Positions 1-10,079 are shown, numbered from the stretch's first letter. The stretch: DNA of 64,000 nucleotides from Alphaproteobacteria bacterium (GCA_965214705.1 CBDCCI010000002.1:1088001-1152000), one strand, 5' to 3'. The notes: generated from the letters alone by a model not told the origin. Numbers and translations are program-made.

Positions 1-66
1 ATCCGGCCGCGTCAGGACCACGAGGCGTTGCTGGCGCGCGACGAGGTTCCGTCCTGGCTCGCTTGA
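1..66 (+). CDS. lysA: 3' end of probable diaminopimelate decarboxylase (partial, enters from window edge)
   Basis: Frame 1 reads IRPRQDHEALLARDEVPSWLA*, which resembles the C-terminus of alphaproteobacterial LysA (IRPRQ...D.VP.WL). Only 21 codons are visible. Confidence 0.55.
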   Translation: MRPRQDHEALLARDEVPSWLA

Positions 67-92
67 GCGCCAATCCGCCGCGGCGCGCGGCG

Positions 93-710
93 TCAGTCCG
101 CATCATCGGCGACGAAGCCGACCGAAACTTTCGCTGCTCCCTCCGGCGGATTCTCGAGCCAGCTCTCGAAGGGTGTCGATTGCCCACCGTCCAGAACGCG
201 CGTCAGCGCCGCCACAGGCCATTGATGCAACTCGGCGCCCGCTCCATCGGCGAGCACCGCGCGCAGCGGCGGCAGACGGCGGCCCTTCTCCGTGGTGTTC
301 TCGACAAGCCCGCGCACGAGCAGAATGATCCTGTCGCCGTCCTTCACCCGTTCCGACTGCACGTCGACGATGCGCAGGCCCTGCGGTTGCGGCGCCTGGA
401 TTGGCAGGCCGACGGCATCGTAAATGCTGACCGTGCCCGGCCAGCTCGTGACGATCGCGTTGCGCGCGAGTGCAAGGCCTGCGAGGGCGGCAATAACGAA
501 GAGCCCTGCCGCGGCCCAGCCCGCCCATGCCGGCGGACGGTCCAGCGGCACCGGAGCCACCCTCGAGTCGGATACGTCGGGCGCATCGGAGCCCGGCGTC
601 TGGTGCCAGACATGGCCGCAGTTCGTGCATCGCACCCGGCGCCCCGTCTCACCGAGGGCGGCGGGATCGACCAGGTAGCGGGTCCTGCAATTAGAGCAGC
701 GTACGATCAT
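93..710 (-). CDS. MJ0042-type zinc-ribbon / DUF3426 membrane protein
   Basis: N-terminal CxxC...CxxC (CSNC, CTNC-HVW) zinc finger, one TM helix, C-terminal DUF3426-like domain. Confidence 0.85.
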   Translation of the reverse strand: MIVRCSNCRTRYLVDPAALGETGRRVRCTNCGHVWHQTPGSDAPDVSDSRVAPVPLDRPPAWAGWAAAGLFVIAALAGLALARNAIVTSWPGTVSIYDAVGLPIQAPQPQGLRIVDVQSERVKDGDRIILLVRGLVENTTEKGRRLPPLRAVLADGAGAELHQWPVAALTRVLDGGQSTPFESWLENPPEGAAKVSVGFVADDAD

Positions 711-858
711 GGGGAGCCGCGCGGGCGTCCTCTCTTCGAATCACGGCCTGTCACACGAGCATTCCGACCAAGTCACCTCGCGGCCCGCGCTGTCAAGCCC
801 AGCGCTCAGTCGCGGCGCGAGCAGGTGCCACGGCCCGGCGCCGCGGCGACGGCCGATC

Positions 859-1548
859 ATGGAGTCTAAGCCGCTTCCGGGCGTTCGGCGATGGACGCGC
901 CGAACCGCACGTGCGGTGCTCGTGGCGGTCGTGGTTCTCGCGCTGCTCTGGTCGGGCGGGCTGGCGTGGTTCGCCGACACGGCGGGTGAGGAGACCCAAC
1001 AACCCGACCTCGCGACCCAGGCCATCGTCGTCCCGACCGGCGGCTCCGGCCGGCTGGAGGAGGGGCTCCGCCTGCTCGAAAGCGGCCTCGCGCAGGCGCT
1101 CTTCGTCACCGGGGTCGCCGAGGGTGTCGAGAGCGCGGAGCTGCGCGTGCGCCACGATCCGGCGCTCTGGGCCTGCTGCGTGGAGCTCGGCTACGAGGCC
1201 GAGGACACCGCGGCGAACGCGCAGGAAGCCGCCGCTTGGATGGCGGCCCGCGCCTTCACCAGCCTCCGCCTGGTCACGAGCGGCTACCACATGCCGCGCG
1301 CCATGATGGAGTTCCGAAGCGCCATGCCAAGTGCTACTCTCGTGGCACATCCTGTATTTCCGGAACACGTCAAGGTCGAGCATTGGTGGCGCTATCGCGG
1401 GACCGCGGCCCTGATCGCGAGCGAGTTCACCAAGTATCTGTGGGCACTGGCGCGCCGGACTCTCGGGTTTGGCAAACGCCGCCGCACACCCTTGGGAACA
1501 CGCTCCGCTCGGTGCTCTGCACGGTCGCATTCTACACTTGGGGGGTGA
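859..1548 (+). CDS. YdcF/DUF218 family protein
   Basis: N-terminal TM; motifs IVVPTGGSGRL, DTAANA, LVTSGYHMPRA, SEFTKY. Start placed at ATG 859 within ORF 709..1548. Confidence 0.85.
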   Translation: MESKPLPGVRRWTRRTARAVLVAVVVLALLWSGGLAWFADTAGEETQQPDLATQAIVVPTGGSGRLEEGLRLLESGLAQALFVTGVAEGVESAELRVRHDPALWACCVELGYEAEDTAANAQEAAAWMAARAFTSLRLVTSGYHMPRAMMEFRSAMPSATLVAHPVFPEHVKVEHWWRYRGTAALIASEFTKYLWALARRTLGFGKRRRTPLGTRSARCSARSHSTLGG

Positions 1549-2252
1549 TGATCGGCACCGTCATGGTGCCGATGCTGCTGACGCCGCGCCCCCTGTTCCG
1601 CCGTTTCGTGGTCACTTGGTCTGCCGGCAACGGCGTCCTGCTCCGTATCATCGCCGGCGTCCATTCCGAGATTCGGAACCGCCAATACAGACCCACGGGC
1701 CCCGCGATCATCGCGTCGAAGCATCAGTCGGAGTGGGAGGCCCACGTCTTCCTGCACGAGCTCGACGACCCCGCCTACGTGATCAAGAAGGAGCTCTCCT
1801 ACGTTCCGGGCTACGGCTGGTTCTCCGCCAAGGTGAACATGATCTTCGTCGATCGCCACGGCGGCGGGAAGTCGCTGCGGTCGCTGGTCAAGGGCGCGAA
1901 GAAAGCCGTGGTACGCGGCCGCCCGGTCGTGATCTTCCCCGAGGGCACGCGGGTGAAGCCGGGGGAGAAACTGCCCTACCGGCCCGGCGTCGCCGCGCTC
2001 TACGGCGCTCTCGACGTGCCGGTCGTGCCGGTGGTTCTCACCTCGGGCATGCACTGGCCCAAGGGCTCGATCAGGCGCTATCCCGGCACCATCGTCATGG
2101 AGTATCTGCCGCCGATCCCGCCGGGGCTGCCGCGACGGGAGTTCCTCGAACGCCTCGAGTCGTCAATGGAGGAGGCGTCGCAGAGGCTCTTTGCGGAAGC
2201 CTGCGGCGCCCCGCAGGAGGAGCCCTCCTCCTCACAGTCCGACGCGGCCTGA
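1548..2252 (+). CDS. plsC: 1-acyl-sn-glycerol-3-phosphate (lysophospholipid) acyltransferase
   Basis: KHQSEWE (HxxxxD/E motif), KKEL, FVDR, IFPEGTR. Start uncertain: ATG 1548 overlaps the YdcF stop (TGATG), but family-like sequence extends upstream and GTG 1440 is possible. Confidence 0.85.
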   Translation: MIGTVMVPMLLTPRPLFRRFVVTWSAGNGVLLRIIAGVHSEIRNRQYRPTGPAIIASKHQSEWEAHVFLHELDDPAYVIKKELSYVPGYGWFSAKVNMIFVDRHGGGKSLRSLVKGAKKAVVRGRPVVIFPEGTRVKPGEKLPYRPGVAALYGALDVPVVPVVLTSGMHWPKGSIRRYPGTIVMEYLPPIPPGLPRREFLERLESSMEEASQRLFAEACGAPQEEPSSSQSDAA

Positions 2253-2406
2253 CCCACACGCCCGTCTCGCCGATCGTATCGTCGCTGGTTCGCACCATAT
2301 TGAACGAAGAGCACAGTGCGGGTAGAGTGTGTGTTGTGAGAAACAAAGAAAGAACATCTCAGCGCTTCGAGCCGGTGAGCGTTCGCACGGCAGCGGCTGG
2401 TGCACC

Positions 2407-4782
2407 ATGACCGAGATGCTGCCGATCTCGTCCCGTATCTGGGACATGAAGTACCGGCTGAAGGCGGCGGACGGCACGCCCATCGACGGCACGATTGAGG
2501 ATAGCTGGCGGCGGGTGGCCCGCGCGCTCGCCTCGGTCGAGGCCGAGCCCGAGCGCTGGGAGGCCGAGTTCTACAGCGCGCTTGAAGGGTTCAAGTTCCT
2601 GCCCGCCGGCCGCATCCTCGCCGGCGCAGGCGCAGAGCGGCAGGTCACGCTCTTCAACTGCTTCGTGATGGGCCGGATCGCGGACGATATGACCGCGATC
2701 TTCGAGCACCTGAAGGAGGCCGCGCTCACCATGCAGCAGGGCGGCGGCATCGGCTACGACTTCTCGACGCTCCGGCCCAAGGGAGCGCCGGTCAAGGGCG
2801 TCGGCGCCGATGCCTCGGGGCCGCTGCCGTTCATGGATTGCTGGGACGCGATGTGCCGCACCATCATGAGCGCGGGCTTCCGGCGTGGCGCCATGATGGG
2901 CTGCCTGCGCTGCGATCACCCGGACATCGAAGCCTTCATCGAGGCCAAGCGCGACCCCGGCCGGCTCCGCATGTTCAACCTCTCGGTGCTGGTGACCGAT
3001 CCGTTCATGCAGGCGGTCAAGGACAACGCGCCGTGGGAGCTCCGCTTCGAGGGTGTCGTCTACAAGACCGTCTCGGCGCGCGCGCTGTGGGAGCGGGTCA
3101 TCCGCTCGACCTACGCCTATGCCGAGCCCGGCGTGATCTTCATCGACCGGATCAACCGGGCCAACAACCTCGCCTATTGCGAGGAGATTTTCGCGACCAA
3201 TCCCTGCGGCGAGCAGCCGCTGCCGCCCTATGGCGCCTGCCTCCTGGGCTCGATCAACCTGGCGAACCTGGTGCAGGACCCCTTCGAGCCGGGCGCGGCG
3301 CTCGACATGGCGGCGCTGGAGGCGCTCGCCGCAACCGCCGTCAGGATGCTCGACAACGCCATCGACTGCTCGCGCTTCCCCATCGCAGCCCAGCACGAAG
3401 AGGCGCAGGCGAAGCGGCGCATCGGGCTCGGCGTCACCGGGCTCGCCGACGCGCTCATCATGTGCCGCGCGCGCTACGGCAGCGACGCGGCGGACGAGTT
3501 GATCGAGCAGTGGATGGGCGGCCTGCAGCGGGCGGCGTATCTCGCGTCCGCGCGGCTGGCCAGGGAGAAGGGGGCCTTCCCGCTCTACGACGCCGCACGC
3601 TATGCCGAGAGCCCGACGATCCAGCGCCTCGACGACGACGTGCGGGCTGCGATCGCCGCTTCGGGAGTCCGCAACGCGCTGCTCACCTCGGTGGCGCCGA
3701 CCGGCACGATCTCGTTGCTCGCGGGCAACGTCTCCTCCGGCATCGAGCCGGTGTTCAGCTATTCGTACACGCGCAACGTGCTCATGCCGGACGGCACGCG
3801 CCGGGCAGAGTCGGTGGACGACCACGCCTATTTGCTGTTTCGGCGCCTCAAGGGCGACGCGGTACAGCTACCCGACTACTTCGTCGATGCCCAATCGCTG
3901 CGGCCGGCGGATCACCTCGCCGTCCAGGCGCGGGTCCAGGCCTTCGTCGACAGCTCCATCTCCAAGACCATCAATTGCCCGGAGGAGATGGAATTCGACG
4001 ATTTCAAGGACGTCTACATGCGGGCCTACGACCTGGGCTGCAAGGGCTGCACCACCTATCGGCCCAACCCGGTGACCGGCGCGGTGCTCGAAAGTGCGTC
4101 CGGTGCGGAGGAGGGGAGCGACGCCGCGCCTGCTGCCGAGGGCGAAACCGGACCGGTCTCGGCTGAGGTTCACGCCCTGCCCGCCGCGCGGCAAAGCGAG
4201 CTCCCTCTGGAGCCGCCGCCGGCCCGGCCCGCGGATGCCTTCGAGGCCGGCGCCGTGATCCAGATGACCCGGCCGCTGGAGCGGCCGGAGTCGTTGCACG
4301 GCAACACCTACAAGATCCGCTGGCCGGAGAGCGACCACGCCATCTACATCACGATCAACGACATCGTGCGCGACGGGCGGCGGCAGCCCTTCGAGATTTT
4401 CATTAACTCCAAGAACACCGAGCACTATGCCTGGACAGTAGCGTTGACGCGGATGATCAGCGCCGTGTTCCGCCGGGGCGGCGACGTGTCCTTCATCGTT
4501 GAGGAACTCAAGGCGGTCTTCGACCCGAGGGGCGGCCAGTGGATGGGCGGCCACTATGTGCCCTCGATCCTCGCCGCCATCGGCGGCGTGATCGAGCAGC
4601 ACCTGGTGAGCATCGGCGCGCTCGCGCCGCCGGAGACCGCGCGGCTGGAACCGCCATCGGCGGAAGACGGCGACGCGCCGGCACGGGCGGCGCGATTCTG
4701 CGGGCGCTGCGGGCAGCCGGGCCTCCTGCATCGGGAGGGCTGCGATCTCTGCCCCTCCTGCGGCTATTCCAAGTGCGCATGA
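2407..4782 (+). CDS. nrdJ: Adenosylcobalamin-dependent (class II) ribonucleoside-diphosphate reductase with fused C-terminal TSCPD/zinc-ribbon domain
   Basis: TLFNCFV, TNPCGEQPL, ACLLGSINL, APTGTISL, SISKTIN, KGCTTYR, C-terminal CxxC..CxxCGYSKC. Confidence 0.93.
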   Translation: MTEMLPISSRIWDMKYRLKAADGTPIDGTIEDSWRRVARALASVEAEPERWEAEFYSALEGFKFLPAGRILAGAGAERQVTLFNCFVMGRIADDMTAIFEHLKEAALTMQQGGGIGYDFSTLRPKGAPVKGVGADASGPLPFMDCWDAMCRTIMSAGFRRGAMMGCLRCDHPDIEAFIEAKRDPGRLRMFNLSVLVTDPFMQAVKDNAPWELRFEGVVYKTVSARALWERVIRSTYAYAEPGVIFIDRINRANNLAYCEEIFATNPCGEQPLPPYGACLLGSINLANLVQDPFEPGAALDMAALEALAATAVRMLDNAIDCSRFPIAAQHEEAQAKRRIGLGVTGLADALIMCRARYGSDAADELIEQWMGGLQRAAYLASARLAREKGAFPLYDAARYAESPTIQRLDDDVRAAIAASGVRNALLTSVAPTGTISLLAGNVSSGIEPVFSYSYTRNVLMPDGTRRAESVDDHAYLLFRRLKGDAVQLPDYFVDAQSLRPADHLAVQARVQAFVDSSISKTINCPEEMEFDDFKDVYMRAYDLGCKGCTTYRPNPVTGAVLESASGAEEGSDAAPAAEGETGPVSAEVHALPAARQSELPLEPPPARPADAFEAGAVIQMTRPLERPESLHGNTYKIRWPESDHAIYITINDIVRDGRRQPFEIFINSKNTEHYAWTVALTRMISAVFRRGGDVSFIVEELKAVFDPRGGQWMGGHYVPSILAAIGGVIEQHLVSIGALAPPETARLEPPSAEDGDAPARAARFCGRCGQPGLLHREGCDLCPSCGYSKCA

Positions 4783-4798
4783 CAATAACGGCTAACGC

Positions 4799-4827
4799 TT
4801 GAACCCTTAGGGTGCTCTGATTACCGT
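4799..4827 (+). promoter_or_regulatory. Possible sigma70-type promoter for the DUF2125 gene
   Basis: TTGAAC-N17-TACCGT just upstream of ATG 4848; weak -10. Confidence 0.3.
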
Positions 4828-4847
4828 TCTTCGGACCGAGTCCGTCC

Positions 4848-5903
4848 ATGGGAAGTTCAATGAGGCGCGTCCTCTTGGTGGCGGCCGGTGTCGTCGGCAC
4901 GATAGTGATCGCGGTGGCCGGATATACCGGCTACTGGTTCATCGCCGCGGGCGAGATCGGGGACCGGATCGACGATTGGACCGAGAAGCAGCGGGCCCAA
5001 GGGCTCGAGATCGAGACCGGGGGAATGTTCGTATCGGGCTTTCCCCTTCGCTTCGAGGTCACCCTGCGCGACCCGCGCATTCACGACACGCGGAACGGAT
5101 GGCGCTGGGCCACCGATTCGCTGCGCGCCGAAGCCTCCTCCTGGGACTTCAGCGAGGTCACGGTCTATCCCGACCGCCGCAATGCGGTTCAGGTTCTTGT
5201 GGAAGGCGGGGAATGGCGCGCCATCGACGCGCACATCGGCGGCGGGCAGATGGTCGTCAGGCTGGACGATGACAGGCGCTTCAGGGAGATCGCGCTCGAT
5301 CTGCAGGGGCTTGAGGTCGCTGGCGTGTGGCCGGAGAGGGTTGCCCAGATCGGCAGCCTGCAGGCCAACGGGGTCGCCATCGACGACGACGGGAGCGGCG
5401 AACAAGTCCTGAAGACCTCGATTGCCTTGCGCGATGCCGTGCTCCCGAGCGACCTTGCCGAGGGGCTCGGCGAGAGCCTCGACTTCCTCGATATCGACGC
5501 GAGCGTGGTTGGGTCGATTCCGAGCGAGCGCGGAACCAACGAGGCGATCACCGCCTGGCGAGACGCCGGCGGCACGCTGGAGCTCAACGACTTTCGCGTG
5601 CGCTGGGGGCCGCTCGGGATCGAATCGGCCGGCACCATTGCGCTCGACGGGGCGATGCGCCCCATCGCCGCGCTGACCGCCAACATCATCGGCTACGGCG
5701 ATGTCATCGACGCGCTGATCATGAGCAACATGATCCCCTTGGGCGATGCCTTCATCGCCAAGGTCGCCTTCAACATGCTGGCTGAGAAGCCGGAGGACGG
5801 CGGCCCGCCGGTGCTGCGCGGGGTGCCGGTGACGGCGCAGGACGGCACGCTGACCGTCGCGACGATCAAGGTCGCGGAACTGCCCCCGCTGCCTCTGGAG
5901 TAG
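4848..5903 (+). CDS. DUF2125 domain-containing protein
   Basis: N-terminal TM ending YTGYWF, VSGFPLRF motif, WRDAGGTLEL..WGPL; typical alphaproteobacterial DUF2125. Confidence 0.8.
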   Translation: MGSSMRRVLLVAAGVVGTIVIAVAGYTGYWFIAAGEIGDRIDDWTEKQRAQGLEIETGGMFVSGFPLRFEVTLRDPRIHDTRNGWRWATDSLRAEASSWDFSEVTVYPDRRNAVQVLVEGGEWRAIDAHIGGGQMVVRLDDDRRFREIALDLQGLEVAGVWPERVAQIGSLQANGVAIDDDGSGEQVLKTSIALRDAVLPSDLAEGLGESLDFLDIDASVVGSIPSERGTNEAITAWRDAGGTLELNDFRVRWGPLGIESAGTIALDGAMRPIAALTANIIGYGDVIDALIMSNMIPLGDAFIAKVAFNMLAEKPEDGGPPVLRGVPVTAQDGTLTVATIKVAELPPLPLE

Positions 5904-5935
5904 GGTGGCGCGAGGGGCCCGCGGCGGAGCCGCCT

Positions 5936-6691
5936 CTACGGTTTGGCCAGGACCCCGCCGTCGACAATCAGCTCGGTCCCGGTGACGTACGAGGCTGCGT
6001 CCGACAAGAGGAACAGCGTGGCGTTCGCCATGTCTCGCGTGGTGCCGACGCGACCCAAGGGCACCGCCACCTCCGTCGCCTCCCTGAGCGCGGGATTGTC
6101 GACCCAGCGCCGTTGCATCGGCGTTTCCGTGGGCCCCGGCAGAATGGTGTTGGAGCGGATGCCGTCGCCGGCGAACTGGATCGCGATGGATTTCGACATG
6201 GCGATCAGGCCGGCTTTGGAGGCCTGATAGGCGTCCTGCGGCGCATCGTCGCCGCGCACGCACTGGATGGTGGCGATGTGCACCATCGCGCCGCCGCCCG
6301 TCCGTTTCATCAGCGGCACGGCTTCGCGGGCGGCGAGCAGCGAGCCCTTGAGGTTGATTGCGAGCACGTCGTCCCACACGTCGAGGTCCATGTCCACCAG
6401 CGAGCGATCGCGCCCGAGCAGGAGCACGCCGGCGGCATTTACCAGGTAGTCGAGACGGCCCGCCGCCTCGTAGCAGTCGGCCATCGCCTGGGCCACGTCG
6501 GTCGGGGAGCGCAGGTCGCCCTGCACGTAGTGCGCGTCCGCGGGCAGGTCGTCCGGTGCGGGCTTCACGTCGAAGAACGTCGCCTGGGCGCCGGCGCCGA
6601 TCAGGTCCCGCGCAATCTGAAGCCCCATGCCGCTGCCAGCACCGGTCACGAAGCCGTTTCGGCCGCTGAAATCGGCCTGGATTTGGGTCAT
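5936..6691 (-). CDS. SDR family NAD(P)-dependent oxidoreductase
   Basis: TGAGSGMG, NAAG, YQASK catalytic motif, PG.TET, TG..L.VDGG. Confidence 0.9.
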   Translation of the reverse strand: MTQIQADFSGRNGFVTGAGSGMGLQIARDLIGAGAQATFFDVKPAPDDLPADAHYVQGDLRSPTDVAQAMADCYEAAGRLDYLVNAAGVLLLGRDRSLVDMDLDVWDDVLAINLKGSLLAAREAVPLMKRTGGGAMVHIATIQCVRGDDAPQDAYQASKAGLIAMSKSIAIQFAGDGIRSNTILPGPTETPMQRRWVDNPALREATEVAVPLGRVGTTRDMANATLFLLSDAASYVTGTELIVDGGVLAKP

Positions 6692-6836
6692 CGGTCCCTC
6701 CCTGGGTCAGGAGACGCTTTAGCCGCATTCTCGACCAACCCGCAAGCTGTCACTCGCATTTGCACTGTGGGGCGTATAGTGGAGCAGGTTCCGACGCCCA
6801 GCGATCGTGGGACGTGAAGGGAGCGGCGGAGAACAC

Positions 6837-7886
6837 GTGAGCGGTCTCGACCGCAGGCTGAGCGTCGCGCCAATGATGGCGCGGACCGATCGCCACTGCC
6901 GCTACTTGTTGCGGCTGGTCAGCGCGCGCACGCTCCTCTACAGCGAGATGATCCACGCCAACGCGGTTTTGCGCGGCGATGCCAACCGACTGCTCGCCTT
7001 CGACGACGCGGAGCATCCGGTGGGTCTCCAGCTCGGCGGCGCGGAGCCGGACGCGCTCGCGCGGGCGGCGGAAATCGGCCAGGCCTTCGGCTACGACGAG
7101 ATCAATCTCAATATCGGCTGCCCGAGTCCCCGCGTCCGCAAGGGCCGCTTCGGCGCCGCGCTCATGGCGACCCCCGATCTGGTGGCGGAGTGCGCGCGCG
7201 CCATGATCCGCGCGGTCGCTGTGCCCGTCACGGTCAAGTGCCGCATCGGCATCGACGGGCGGGGTGACTACGAAGATCTGAAGGCCTTCGTCGAAACCGT
7301 CGCCGCCGCTGGCGTGAAGAGCTTCGCCGTGCACGCACGGATTGCCGTGCTCGATGGCCTGAGCCCGGCCGAGAACCGCGAGATTCCGCCGCTTCGCTAC
7401 GACGCTGTCTACCGCCTCAAGCAGGAATTACCGGCGCTGGAGGTAGTCATCAACGGCGGTGTCGCCAGCCTCGACGAGGCGGATGCCCACCTCGATCGGG
7501 TCGACGGCGCTATGATCGGGCGCGCGGCCTACGCCGACCCCGCCATGCTGCGTGATGCCGACCGCCGCATCTTCGGCGCACCGGCGCGCGCCGAGCCGAG
7601 CCGGCACGACATTGCCCGCGCCATGCTGCCCTACGTGCGCCGGATGCGCGCGGACGGCGTGCCGCTCCACCACATCACCCGGCACATGCTCGGGCTGTTC
7701 TCAGGCCAGCCCGGCGGGCGGGCCTGGCGCCGTGCGCTCGGCGAGGCCAGCCAACGCCCCGGTGCCGGCGCCGAGGTCATCGAGGAGGCGCTGACGCTGG
7801 TGCCGGAGCGTGCTGGGCGCGGGGATGCCGGGCGTCGGGACGCGGAACGCGCCCCAAGCGACCGCGCGCTTGCCTCCGCTTCATAA
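6837..7886 (+). CDS. dusA: tRNA dihydrouridine(20/20a) synthase
   Basis: SVAPMM, QLGG, INLNIGCPS, VTVKCRIG, VHARIA, ENREIPPLRY, NGG, MIGRAAY. Confidence 0.93.
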   Translation: MSGLDRRLSVAPMMARTDRHCRYLLRLVSARTLLYSEMIHANAVLRGDANRLLAFDDAEHPVGLQLGGAEPDALARAAEIGQAFGYDEINLNIGCPSPRVRKGRFGAALMATPDLVAECARAMIRAVAVPVTVKCRIGIDGRGDYEDLKAFVETVAAAGVKSFAVHARIAVLDGLSPAENREIPPLRYDAVYRLKQELPALEVVINGGVASLDEADAHLDRVDGAMIGRAAYADPAMLRDADRRIFGAPARAEPSRHDIARAMLPYVRRMRADGVPLHHITRHMLGLFSGQPGGRAWRRALGEASQRPGAGAEVIEEALTLVPERAGRGDAGRRDAERAPSDRALASAS

Positions 7887-7979
7887 CGGGAATCACCCTT
7901 TTATCGGGTCGTCCGACCGCTAAGATGGCGCGGCCGCGGCCGCAAGCGCCGCGAATAGCATGTGTGGGGACAGGGGGCG

Positions 7980-10079
7980 ATGGCGAGAATCGGCGTCGAT
8001 GTCGGGGGGACGTTCACCGACCTCATCCTGGAGACGGACGGCGCTGCGAACGACGGCGGCCGGGTCTTCGTGCACAAGGTTCCGAGCACGCCGGAGGACC
8101 AGTCGCGCGGGGTCATCCAGGGCGTCCTCGAAATCTGCTCCGAGGCCGGGGTCGGGCCGGGCGACATCGAGCAGATCGTGCATGGCACGACGATCGCGAC
8201 CAACACGGTGATCGAGTATTCCGGTGCCGAGGTCGGCATGCTGACCACGCGGGGCTTCCGCGACATTCTGCACATGGCGCGGCACAAGCGGCCCCACAAT
8301 TTCTCGGTGCAGTTCGACGTGCCCTGGCAGTCGCGCCCGCTGGTCAAGCGGCGCAACCGCATTCCCATCACGGAGCGCATCCTGCCGCCGGACGGCCGCG
8401 TCGAGGTTGCGCTTGACGAGGACGAGGTGCGTGCTGCCGCCGAGCTCCTGAAGTCGCGCGACGTGGGCTCGGTCATCGTCTGCTTCCTGTTCGCCTTCCT
8501 CAACGACGCGCACGAGCTGCGCGCCAAGGAGATCGTGACGGAGGTAATGCCGGACGCCTACGTCGGCTGCTCCTCCGAGGTGGTTGACGTGATCCGGGAG
8601 TACGAGCGCTTCTCGACGGCGGCGATGAACGCCTTCATCGGCCCGCGCACGTCGTATTATCTGAACAATCTGGCGACGGCGCTGCAGGAGAACGGGGTCG
8701 ATGCCCAGATCCGCGTGATGCAGTCAAACGGCGGCGTGACCACGCTTGCCGGCGCCGCCGAGCGCCCGGTGACCATCCTCATGTCGGGCCCCGCCGGCGG
8801 TGTCGTCGGCGGGCAGTGGGCGGGCGACATGTCGGGCGTCCGCAACCTGATCACCGTCGATATCGGCGGCACCTCGGCGGACATCAGCGTTGTGCCGGAC
8901 GGCAAGGTCCGCATCATGAATCCGCGGGATACACAGGTCGGCGGCTACCCGATCCTGGCTCCCATGATCGACCTCTCGACCATCGGCGCCGGCGGCGGCT
9001 CGATCGCCTACGTCGACGAAGGCGGGGCCTTCCGCGTCGGGCCGCGCTCCGCTGGCGCGGAGCCAGGACCGGCCTGCTATGGCCGCGGCGGCACCGAGCC
9101 AACCGTGACCGACGCCCAGGTGGTGCTCGGCCGGCTCGACCCCGAGCAGTTCCTGGGCGGCGGGCTGGAGATCGACCCGGCGCGCTCGCGCAAGGCGCTG
9201 GAGGACAATCTCTGCGGCCGGCTCGACATGTCGCTCGAGGAGGCGGCGCTCGGCGTGATCCGGGTCATCAACTCCAACATGTCGCTCGCGATCCGCGCCA
9301 ACTCCGTGGCCAAAGGCGTCGATCCGCGGGATTACGCGCTGGTTGCCTTCGGCGGCGCCGGGCCGTTGCACGGCACCGCACTCGCACGCTCGGTCTTCGC
9401 GCGCGAGGTGATCGTGCCGCCTGCGCCGGGGATCAACGCTGCGACCGGGCTGCTCGCGACCGACATGAGCTACGAGTTCACCCGCTCGGTGCTCTGCGTG
9501 CTCACCCAGGCCAGCCAGGACGAGATCGACACGCTCAACGAGCAGACCGACGCCCTCGTGCGGCGCGCGCAGGAGGCATTGGCCGCAGACGGCGTCGCGC
9601 CCGAACACCAGCGGCTCGTCAAGATCGCGGAGTGCCGCTACCAGGGGCAGGGCTTCGAGCTGCGCGGCACCATGCCGGACGGCCCGCTCACGCTCGATAA
9701 CCGGGCGGAGCTTCTCGCGAGCTTCCACGAGCGCCACCGGCAAGATTACGGCCACGCCTTCGAGGACCAGGAGGTCGAGGTCATCACGCTCCGCGTCGTC
9801 GCCTCCGCCGGCATCGGCGCGCTGAGCTGGCCCGAGGCGCCTCAAGGCAGCGGCCACAACCCCGAGGACGCGCTGCTCTACCGCCGCGCGACCACCTTCG
9901 ACGACGGCCAGACCTACGAGACCCCCCGCTTCGACCGGGGCAAGCTCAAGGCCGGCCAGCACATCGACGGACCGGCCATCGTCATCCAGACCGATTCGAC
10001 CACGCTGGTGCCGCCCGGCTACGAGGCGATGGTCGCGCCTTCGGGCAATCTTCACGTCAGGGAGGTCGCCGAATCATGA
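7980..10079 (+). CDS. Hydantoinase/oxoprolinase family subunit A (ATP-binding, HyuA-like)
   Basis: DVGGTFTD, HGTTIATN, EYERFST, SGPAGG, DIGGTSAD, IGAGGGS, SAGAEPGPACYGRGG, FGGAGPLH. Confidence 0.92.
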   Translation: MARIGVDVGGTFTDLILETDGAANDGGRVFVHKVPSTPEDQSRGVIQGVLEICSEAGVGPGDIEQIVHGTTIATNTVIEYSGAEVGMLTTRGFRDILHMARHKRPHNFSVQFDVPWQSRPLVKRRNRIPITERILPPDGRVEVALDEDEVRAAAELLKSRDVGSVIVCFLFAFLNDAHELRAKEIVTEVMPDAYVGCSSEVVDVIREYERFSTAAMNAFIGPRTSYYLNNLATALQENGVDAQIRVMQSNGGVTTLAGAAERPVTILMSGPAGGVVGGQWAGDMSGVRNLITVDIGGTSADISVVPDGKVRIMNPRDTQVGGYPILAPMIDLSTIGAGGGSIAYVDEGGAFRVGPRSAGAEPGPACYGRGGTEPTVTDAQVVLGRLDPEQFLGGGLEIDPARSRKALEDNLCGRLDMSLEEAALGVIRVINSNMSLAIRANSVAKGVDPRDYALVAFGGAGPLHGTALARSVFAREVIVPPAPGINAATGLLATDMSYEFTRSVLCVLTQASQDEIDTLNEQTDALVRRAQEALAADGVAPEHQRLVKIAECRYQGQGFELRGTMPDGPLTLDNRAELLASFHERHRQDYGHAFEDQEVEVITLRVVASAGIGALSWPEAPQGSGHNPEDALLYRRATTFDDGQTYETPRFDRGKLKAGQHIDGPAIVIQTDSTTLVPPGYEAMVAPSGNLHVREVAES

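Noticed and set aside
2407-4782. Possible intein or intron in nrdJ (acidic insert near 4090-4250)
   Set aside because: No intein splice motifs or homing-endonuclease signature; the insert is a low-complexity interdomain linker.
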